A stretch of 41,592 nucleotides of DNA, taken from Occultella glacieicola (lineage in GTDB: Bacteria; Actinomycetota; Actinomycetes; Actinomycetales; Beutenbergiaceae). The stretch lies in NCBI RefSeq assembly GCF_004353825.1, contig NZ_SMNA01000020.1, forward strand, positions 1 to 41,592. Reading direction: 5' to 3'. The translations under genes and the position numbers were made by a program. Shown here in pieces: positions 35,186 to 41,592 of the stretch (positions are counted from its first letter, which is position 1; each line of letters begins with the position of its first letter). Under the pieces are notes generated by a model that saw only the letters and a list, made by a program, of their open reading frames with translations, did not search any database and had not been told where the DNA came from.

Positions 35186-35815
35186 CTACGCAAGTTCGGT
35201 GAGTGTCGGCATGGGCAAGTAGCAGCCTTCGACGTAGTCCTCGACCACTGACAGGGTGTTGTATTGCTCATCGAGGAGCTTCGCCAAGTCCGGAAAGTCA
35301 GTGTGCTCCTGCGTCTCCGGCAGCTGACCTGCATATCGGAACGCCTGACCTGTGCCGTCTGCCTCATGCAGCATCGCGATGACCGTTTCAACGGCCGGAG
35401 GGAACGCGTCGGGAAGGTTAAGTGCGGCATAGTGCGTCTTTGACTCGTTGAGCAGCTGGTACAGGCGGTGCTCGAACTCCTGCTTGAGCCGCTCGTCCGA
35501 ACCTGCCTCGGTCAGCTCAGGTGTGACGCCCTCCCGGTAGGTCATCCGCGTCTGGACGAGGAACTGGATCAGGCTCTTCAGCCGAAGTTCGTAGGCGTGG
35601 CGGTATAGCAGGAGAAACGGCAAGAGGATGAGATCGTCCTCTGGCTGGCTGGAGAACGTCCCTGCCAGGCGCTTGGCCGCAAAGTGGTAGGCGTGCGCGT
35701 AGTCGCTGTTGGTCTGGTACGGGTACCTCACGACGCTGCGGGAGTACATCTTCGCCGGGATGGCCAGGAGCCGTAGCGGCTTGGACTGAGGACTCGACAT
35801 GCTCGAAGTCAACAC
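35186..35815 (-). CDS. Hypothetical HEPN-like helical protein (paralogue of 5189..5812)
   Basis: AYHFAA...LLYRHAYELRLK...EHRL...DGTGQAFRY. The start may be 35801. Confidence 0.72.
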   Translation of the reverse strand: MLTSSMSSPQSKPLRLLAIPAKMYSRSVVRYPYQTNSDYAHAYHFAAKRLAGTFSSQPEDDLILLPFLLLYRHAYELRLKSLIQFLVQTRMTYREGVTPELTEAGSDERLKQEFEHRLYQLLNESKTHYAALNLPDAFPPAVETVIAMLHEADGTGQAFRYAGQLPETQEHTDFPDLAKLLDEQYNTLSVVEDYVEGCYLPMPTLTELA

Positions 35816-36044
35816 GAGTCCAGCCTCCGCCGTGCGGCATCCAAGTTGAGTTGTGGCTCTGCCACCGGTCCTCCCCGCGGTCCCAGGTCACGAACTCGCT
35901 GTGTCGCAGTTGACGATCGGCTTACGGAACGTCACCAGCGGCAGCACCACCGTTGCAGGTTGGTGCCGTCACGGTGGCCGAGCGCACATGAGCCGCGGCG
36001 CCATTTCGTTGCGCGTACGCGCAACGTTGCTTAGGATGGGCGAA

Positions 36045-36117
36045 GCTCGCTGCAGTAGCGGTGGGAAGTGAACCCGAGACCCTTCCGGACGGTTGTGGCG
36101 CTCGGGTTTCGCGCTTT
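36045..36117 (-). ncRNA. Candidate structured RNA directly 3' of the DUF3800-like gene
   Basis: Minus strand gcgcgaaacccgag...ccgtccggaagg..ctcgggttcacttcc...cgctactgcagcg; the aacccgag/ctcgggtt stem starts right after the stop codon. Confidence 0.55.
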
Positions 36118-36675
36118 CTACAGTCGGATGTGGTTGGTCACGAGGGGTTCGGCGCGTCGTCGCGCGTCGCCGCCCCGAGCCCAGGCCCACGCGATTGCGT
36201 CTGGGATTGCCAGCAGCGGCTCACTTGCGGCAGTGGCGTGGCCGTAGGACAGGCTGTCGCGGCAGCCGTGCTGATCGGTTTGGCGGTACAGGATGCGACG
36301 GTCGCGGGCCTCTTCCCCCTGCTCGCTCTCAAGCAGTAATCGGGTGTGGCCGGCCGCGGCGATGTCCTCGACCAGTCGTTCAAGGCATGCACCACGGCGC
36401 TCGACATGGCTCCGGAAACCCGCACCGGCCTGGTAGATGGTGACCTGGGCTCCGAGGGTGGCGATTGTAGACAGGATGGTGTGCTGGCGAGCGGGGGACT
36501 CCTTGACCATGTGTAGGCGACGCTGGCCTGGCTTCTGGAGTATGCGCATCGTCTGGCGCGCGTGGGCCAGTCCGCTGGGGATGACGACCGCGGCAACGAG
36601 TAGATAGTCACGTTTCTTGCTCTCGTCGACGAAGACGTGGCCGCTGGTTGGGCGGCGGGTCGAGGAGGTCGGCAC
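36118..36675 (-). CDS. DUF3800-like RNase H-fold protein
   Basis: HVFVDES...YLLVAAVV...LHM...EPLLAIPDAIAWAW. Confidence 0.72.
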   Translation of the reverse strand: MPTSSTRRPTSGHVFVDESKKRDYLLVAAVVIPSGLAHARQTMRILQKPGQRRLHMVKESPARQHTILSTIATLGAQVTIYQAGAGFRSHVERRGACLERLVEDIAAAGHTRLLLESEQGEEARDRRILYRQTDQHGCRDSLSYGHATAASEPLLAIPDAIAWAWARGGDARRRAEPLVTNHIRL

Positions 36676-36825
36676 GCAAATGAGAGTACGTGGCCGGCGC
36701 GACAAACCCCGACGTTCCACACAACCGTCGCCGATATGGAGATCGGCTGGGGGTCTCTGCCATGCTGGGTGGCGGTACGTCGAGGTACCGGGCCTCGCCG
36801 CCCAGGAATGGGGAGTCGAAGAACG

Positions 36826-37056
36826 ATGACAGCGAACAGGAACGTGGTCCCTAACCCCGAGGGTGGATGGGATGTGACCGGGGGCGGCAAGCGGGCTTCT
36901 GCGCACACCGATACACAGGCTGAGGCGATCGACCGCGCGAAGCAGATCGTGCGTAACCAGGGCGGTGGCGAGGTGAGCGTCAGCGGCCGTGACGGGAAGA
37001 TCCGGGCGAAGGACACGGTGGAACCGGGCAACGACCCCCGGAAGATCCCGGGCTGA
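36826..37056 (+). CDS. DUF2188 domain protein
   Basis: VVPNPEGGWDV...RAS...TQAEAIDRAK...GRDGKIR...GNDP. Confidence 0.88.
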   Translation: MTANRNVVPNPEGGWDVTGGGKRASAHTDTQAEAIDRAKQIVRNQGGGEVSVSGRDGKIRAKDTVEPGNDPRKIPG

Positions 37057-37442
37057 ACGGCCGGGCGGGCGCTGCGGCCCTGAGTTCTCCCCCTCCGGCT
37101 ATCCAGTTGGCATCGTCGAACGTGGCCAACATGCAAGGGGGTGGTGCCGCGTTGCTCATGCCCGTTGCAGAAGTCGACTCAACCGGTCCGGTGGGCGCGC
37201 CTAGAATCGTGCTGACTTGTGAGCCATAGCCCTGACGTCGATCACGTGCTGTCGTCCCGTCTCACCAGTGGTGCTCAGAACCAAGGTTGCGGATGGTTGG
37301 AGGAACTCAACAACGACGTGCGAGCAATTGCCCGCTTGAGCACCTGTCGTTGCGGGCGGGCTTCGATGACGACGGCTTCGAGGCTCGACGGGCTCTCAGT
37401 CGGTGGTTTCTAGAAGGTGAGTGGCATCTGCAAGGAGCGTTC

Positions 37443-38162
37443 CTATCGCGTGTCTGGCGGTTGCTGGACGACGGTGATGACGTCACCCTCGCCAACGGCG
37501 CGGGGTCCCTCGACGATCGTGAAGCGAGAGCCAGGCAGCAGTGGTGAGTAGTCGACGAGGGGGTACAGCAGGAGCACGCTGCACTTGGTCGCGACCTCAG
37601 GCGTGAGCCGGATTCCCGGCTCCATACGGAACTGCACTCCGAGTCGCTCGCCATCTCCGCCGTCCACCACGACATGGGGCCGGTACGGACTGTTGATGCC
37701 GAGATCGACAACGGAACGGCGGCCACCCCGATCGGCGGCGAACATCGTCACTCGCACCCGAAGGACCTGCCGTGGCACAGGGGATCGCAGACCCGAGTCC
37801 ATCCCGAACTTCAGTTCTACGAACTTCCAGAACAGAGCGACGGCCTCCTCTTGGGGTCGCTCGATCGACTCCTTCGTCCCGGACATCGCCTCATGCTCGA
37901 TCACGACCCGGCCTGCGGGGGCGGGTGCCATCGAGACATGACTCCGGACCACGATCACCTCGAAGGGTGGTTCCGTTCCAGGGGCGACGCCGACCACCAG
38001 GTCATTGAGTGAGGTGCCGCCTACGAGTTCTGATGCGGTGGGCGAAGCCAGGATCGATCGGACGATCGCAGCAGCGGGGCCGGTTCGTGAGTCGTCCAGG
38101 TCACGGAGGATCTCGCTCCACGTGCGCTGTCCCAAGGGGTGCTGCCAGCCGTACGGCGTCAT
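37443..38162 (-). CDS. Hypothetical protein with a C-terminal EF-Tu domain III-like barrel
   Basis: ADRGGRR...YRPHVV...GSRFTIVEGPRAVGEGDV. Confidence 0.65.
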   Translation of the reverse strand: MTPYGWQHPLGQRTWSEILRDLDDSRTGPAAAIVRSILASPTASELVGGTSLNDLVVGVAPGTEPPFEVIVVRSHVSMAPAPAGRVVIEHEAMSGTKESIERPQEEAVALFWKFVELKFGMDSGLRSPVPRQVLRVRVTMFAADRGGRRSVVDLGINSPYRPHVVVDGGDGERLGVQFRMEPGIRLTPEVATKCSVLLLYPLVDYSPLLPGSRFTIVEGPRAVGEGDVITVVQQPPDTR

Positions 38163-38275
38163 GCGCTGAGGATCGCAGATAGCGGCCCTGCAGAGGGCCG
38201 CTCAGTACCGCGTCCTCCTGGATGGTGCCCGCCGGTTCTCGCCCCGGACTGGGCCGCTTGTCTATGCTCCGGGGG

Positions 38276-38764
38276 ATGAGTTACGGCTGGCGCGATCTTG
38301 GCAATGGTCGTCGAACGGAACTGTGCGACGAGTGTGGTTTCGATGCGCGTCGCTCGCTACCCGATCGTGATCTGGACAGGGTCCTCGTCCGGCTCGGCGC
38401 AGAGGCCAGCAGAGACCGTGCCGCCGAACGCCCGAGCCCCGAGACCTGGTCGGCGCTGGAGTACCTCACCCACTGCATGGAGATGGTTGGCGAGACCATT
38501 GTGGTGATCCGAGAAGGCCGCGTAGAGCCGCGGGCGCGGGTGCGCGACGTCGAGGATGCGGCGGCACAACTGCGTGAACTCCTCCGGGAGGTCGCCGACG
38601 GTGACGCGGACCGCGCGATCGAACTGGGCGGGCCTGGTCCAGTGACACCAGCCTGGATCCTCGCGCATCTTCAGCACGACCTCGAGCACCACCTCCTGGA
38701 CATGCGGCGGGGACACGCGCGGCTTGAACTCGAAGGAGCCGAAGGAGCGACTGTCCAGCGATAG
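38276..38764 (+). CDS. DinB/YfiT-like metal-dependent protein with N-terminal CxxC
   Basis: CDECGF, RPSPETWSALEYLTH and HDLEHHLLD; TATGCT -10 7 nt upstream suggests a leaderless transcript. Confidence 0.78.
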   Translation: MSYGWRDLGNGRRTELCDECGFDARRSLPDRDLDRVLVRLGAEASRDRAAERPSPETWSALEYLTHCMEMVGETIVVIREGRVEPRARVRDVEDAAAQLRELLREVADGDADRAIELGGPGPVTPAWILAHLQHDLEHHLLDMRRGHARLELEGAEGATVQR

Positions 38765-39594
38765 CCAGGCCTGATGACGTGGCGTGGCGTAGGAGTGCGG
38801 GAGTAGCCGGGACAGCGACGTCGACTAGCTCCTCGCCGGCTCCCCTTGCGGTCTGTTGTTGGTGATGGAGAACATCGATGGCTCTGAAGATCACAACCAG
38901 CAAACTGTTGGAAGGACTTCATCAACCTGGGGCGAAGTCTTGAGGGTCTGTCCGTTGGCACAGGTGGTCAGACGGGGTCCCAAGAGCCGCCGTTCCACGG
39001 ATTCTGTGGGATGGCTGCACTAGCGCAGGCGCCCGGCGTAGGGGCGCGTACCGGGCCGCCGGCATGTCCGAGCGGCCTGGCTCTCTGGCAGTCTTCTTGC
39101 CCGACGGGTGGGCGGGTTGAGGTAATGCGTGAAGGACGTCATCAACCGGCGCCCCGTCACGCGAGAACGACTCGTTCGTTCCGCCTGGCGGCGCTGCATG
39201 AGAACGGCTACTTCGAGTCAGCAGGGGCGGGGCTTCTTTGGTTCACCAGGGCCTGGCGAACCGGGCGCCACGCCGGGTGCGGCGCGCCGACGGCGACAGG
39301 CCACGCCGCACCGCCTACCCACACTGTCCATGGCTCGACCTAGAATCGTCGCCAGGAAGCAGGAACCTCTTGCAACCTGAAGCGGGCCGAGTAGCCGGGA
39401 GTGGTTGCACACTCAGACCATCTCGACCCGCTTCGATGACACATGACCAAACGAGATCAGTCGCGCTTGTGGGTGTCGGTTCAGTTCTTGGGAGAACTTC
39501 GTACCGCATCATTGCACGGCCCAGTGGGCAAGGAGCACCGGACGTGCCGAGAGTGACTGCTCTCACGGTCGCAACCCCTGTGGAGGGATCGACA

Positions 39595-40209
39595 GTGAAC
39601 ACACCTCGAATTAGCCTCGGTGAGTACATCGGGTACATCACCACGCCGGACTCACGGCTCCGGAACCGGGCCCGAATGCTGCGCGATGTCTCGCCCTACG
39701 ACCCAGCCAAAGAGTACTGGCGCCATGTTCGACTAGGGGTGGAGAAGGACCGTCGAACGACGCGCGATGGTCAGGCCGTGTACGCCGCGGCGCTCAGCGC
39801 GCGTAGGGGGCGTGAGGAGAACTTCCGGCACGTCGCCGAGGTGTGGGAGCGAATCGTCAGGCGGTGGCGCCGTCACCAGCGCGTTGTCGTCGACCCGGTC
39901 ACGATCAACATCGGCGGTGCCGATGTGGTCGTTCGGCCGAGGTTCGCCGAACGGGATCCCTCGGGTCAGCGGGAGATCGTGTTCGTCCGGTTTTCCGTGA
40001 CCGCGCCGCTTGACGTTGAGAAGGCAAACAAGATTCTTAGGATCGCTCAGCGCGCGTACCCGCGCGACACCGTTGTGATCGTCGATCTACCGTGCGGCGA
40101 GAAGGCTTACGTGGCCGGGCCGGCTCGCAACCTCTCGCGCTACGACGAGGCGCTGGAACGTGATGGCCTGCACATCGCCAGCATCCTCGCAGTTGACGAC
40201 GTTGCCTAG
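39595..40209 (+). CDS. Hypothetical protein
   Basis: GTG with a GGAGG RBS; globular composition (YDPAKEYWR, VRPRF). Confidence 0.68.
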   Translation: MNTPRISLGEYIGYITTPDSRLRNRARMLRDVSPYDPAKEYWRHVRLGVEKDRRTTRDGQAVYAAALSARRGREENFRHVAEVWERIVRRWRRHQRVVVDPVTINIGGADVVVRPRFAERDPSGQREIVFVRFSVTAPLDVEKANKILRIAQRAYPRDTVVIVDLPCGEKAYVAGPARNLSRYDEALERDGLHIASILAVDDVA

Positions 40210-40329
40210 GTGAAGCACAGGCCCGTGACCCGGCGGCAGGCAGCAGGGGAAGGTCGCCGTCGGGCGCGGGCACTGGGGCCCGGAGAGTGCAGCGGCGGCA
40301 TTCGCTCGTCGGACAGATCCGTCGACGCC

Positions 40330-40374
40330 GGCCTGACCCGCTCTACCAGGCCGTCGGAGTAGAGGGGTCAGGCC
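40330..40374. terminator. Hairpin between convergent genes
   Basis: ggcctgaccc-gctctac...gtagag-gggtcaggcc. Confidence 0.55.
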
Positions 40375-40392
40375 ACAGCACGGTCCCGGGGG

Positions 40393-41481
40393 CTACAACT
40401 CGGGACTGCTGCCCTTGTCCCTTGTGGGCGACCTGCGGGAGGCCGGTTGTGCCGTGACGGCGGTTGTCGTTGTTGCTCGCCCTGGGAAGGCCGCGGCACG
40501 GAGTCTGTCGGTGAGTTGGGATTCGTGTTGGTGGTCTGCTTCGGCGAGGCCCTGGACGACGCTGGCGCTGAGGCCGGTGAGGAGTTGTTCTGCTGGTGCG
40601 CCGGTCTCGATGGCGGCCTTGGTCAGGTAGGCGAGGCGGTTCGGTGGGTCGGCGTGGGCGAGGACTGCGGTCGGCTCGAGGGTGGTTGAACCGGACAGGT
40701 ACAGCGCGGTTGCCGCGGTAGCGGCCAGTTCTGGCCGGAGCTCCTGTGGTGCGGAACGGTAGAGCCGGATCAGGGTGTCTGCGCGAGCGGGGGGTCGTGC
40801 GGCGTCGACGATGATGGCGTCGCGGACGGCCCGGTCTCCTTGGATGAGGTGGGCGATGGTCGCGAACGCCTTGGGGTCGTGGATGGTGGGGTCGTCGGTG
40901 AGCCGGCTCAGGGTCCGGGTGGCGATCTCTGCTCGGAGGGAGGGGAGGAGGTCATCGAGTCGCCGCGCTTCGGACGGGGCGAGTGTGGTGAAGGTGGGTT
41001 GTGGCAGGGGTGCGTAGCGTTCCATCACCTCCTCTCGAGTCGCGGCTGGCGCCGGCCAGCCGCCCTCGACGATGAGCTCTATCGGGGGAGGCGAGACCGT
41101 GCCCCATTTGGACCAGTCCGGATCGAGCTCGTCTCGGACGCGGAACCGGTCGTTGTCGACCTCGACCAGGGTGATGGCCGGCGGGGTTGCTGAGCTGGCG
41201 GTGATGGCGTCGGCGAGTGCTTCTACTCGGGTGGCACCGTCGTTGCCGTACCCGATGAGCATGAGTCCGGTGGCGCCGTTGCGTTGCATGACGGGTAGGA
41301 GTTGGGCGGCGAGGCCTTCGGCCTGGTGCACGTCGCTGCGGTCGCTGTGCCACTCGATCGAGGCACTGACTACGGGTGTGTCACCGATCTCGCCAACGAG
41401 CATGACGTGTTGGTCGGTGAGTTCGTAGCCGACTTGGTAGGGCAGTGTCGCGAGGTACTCGCCGAGGCTGATGCTGGTCAT
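40393..41481 (-). CDS. DUF4192 domain protein
   Basis: YLATLPYQVGY N-terminus, VRDAII and NRLAYL. Confidence 0.75.
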   Translation of the reverse strand: MTSISLGEYLATLPYQVGYELTDQHVMLVGEIGDTPVVSASIEWHSDRSDVHQAEGLAAQLLPVMQRNGATGLMLIGYGNDGATRVEALADAITASSATPPAITLVEVDNDRFRVRDELDPDWSKWGTVSPPPIELIVEGGWPAPAATREEVMERYAPLPQPTFTTLAPSEARRLDDLLPSLRAEIATRTLSRLTDDPTIHDPKAFATIAHLIQGDRAVRDAIIVDAARPPARADTLIRLYRSAPQELRPELAATAATALYLSGSTTLEPTAVLAHADPPNRLAYLTKAAIETGAPAEQLLTGLSASVVQGLAEADHQHESQLTDRLRAAAFPGRATTTTAVTAQPASRRSPTRDKGSSPEL

Positions 41482-41592
41482 CGCTGCTCACCACCGTCGA
41501 GGTCGGTGATGGTCAGGTCGAGTTGCGGCTGGATCCAGTCGATGGCCGCCTGGGCGGCCGGACGTTCGGCTGGCAGCTGTTGTTCGATGGCC
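41474..41592. repeat. Terminal direct repeat copy of 1..119
   Basis: Exact match to the window start. Confidence 0.97.

Noticed and set aside
38181..38202. Palindrome agcggccct-gcag-agggccgct between divergent genes
   Set aside because: A single GC-rich hairpin; I cannot distinguish an operator from chance.
38765..39590. Short ORFs in this gap, and those at 4832-5257, 5860-6117 and 37219-37547
   Set aside because: No RBS, motif or protein-like composition; treated as intergenic or decayed sequence.

Overview
The window is a complete, circular, high-GC conjugative plasmid of about 41.47 kb. Bases 1-119 repeat exactly at 41474-41592, and an ATGA-coupled gene pair runs across the junction. The host is almost certainly an actinobacterium, probably Micrococcales (inference from gene families). 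Backbone: oriT, mobC and a MOBP-type relaxase (0.6-3.7 kb); a minus-strand actinobacterial T4SS operon (10.5-21.8 kb: lipoprotein, M23/lysozyme-like, MinD/ParA-like, DUF6668, pilin-like, TrbL/VirB6-like, SCO6880, VirB4-like, VirD4-like, DUF4913); a control/replication block (ArsR-like, RHH, putative Rep); and a plus-strand establishment block (ParB-like, ArdC, two NrdH, Ssb, ParA/ParB, ART-like, GNAT-like). Cargo: a type III R-M-like pair, two HEPN-like paralogues, DUF4365, a serine resolvase, a DUF3800-like gene with a downstream structured RNA, DUF2188, DinB and DUF4192. The most notable non-coding content is a five-member family of long Frpo/ssi-like hairpins with DNA-type cGNAg triloops. 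Three lie on the predicted transferred strand and two on the retained strand. They are accompanied by phased 9-bp operator/centromere arrays. Several unrelated proteins, including an ADP-ribosyltransferase-like one, have relaxase-like C-terminal tails that may be T4SS translocation signals. All family calls are from motif recognition by eye; no searches were run.
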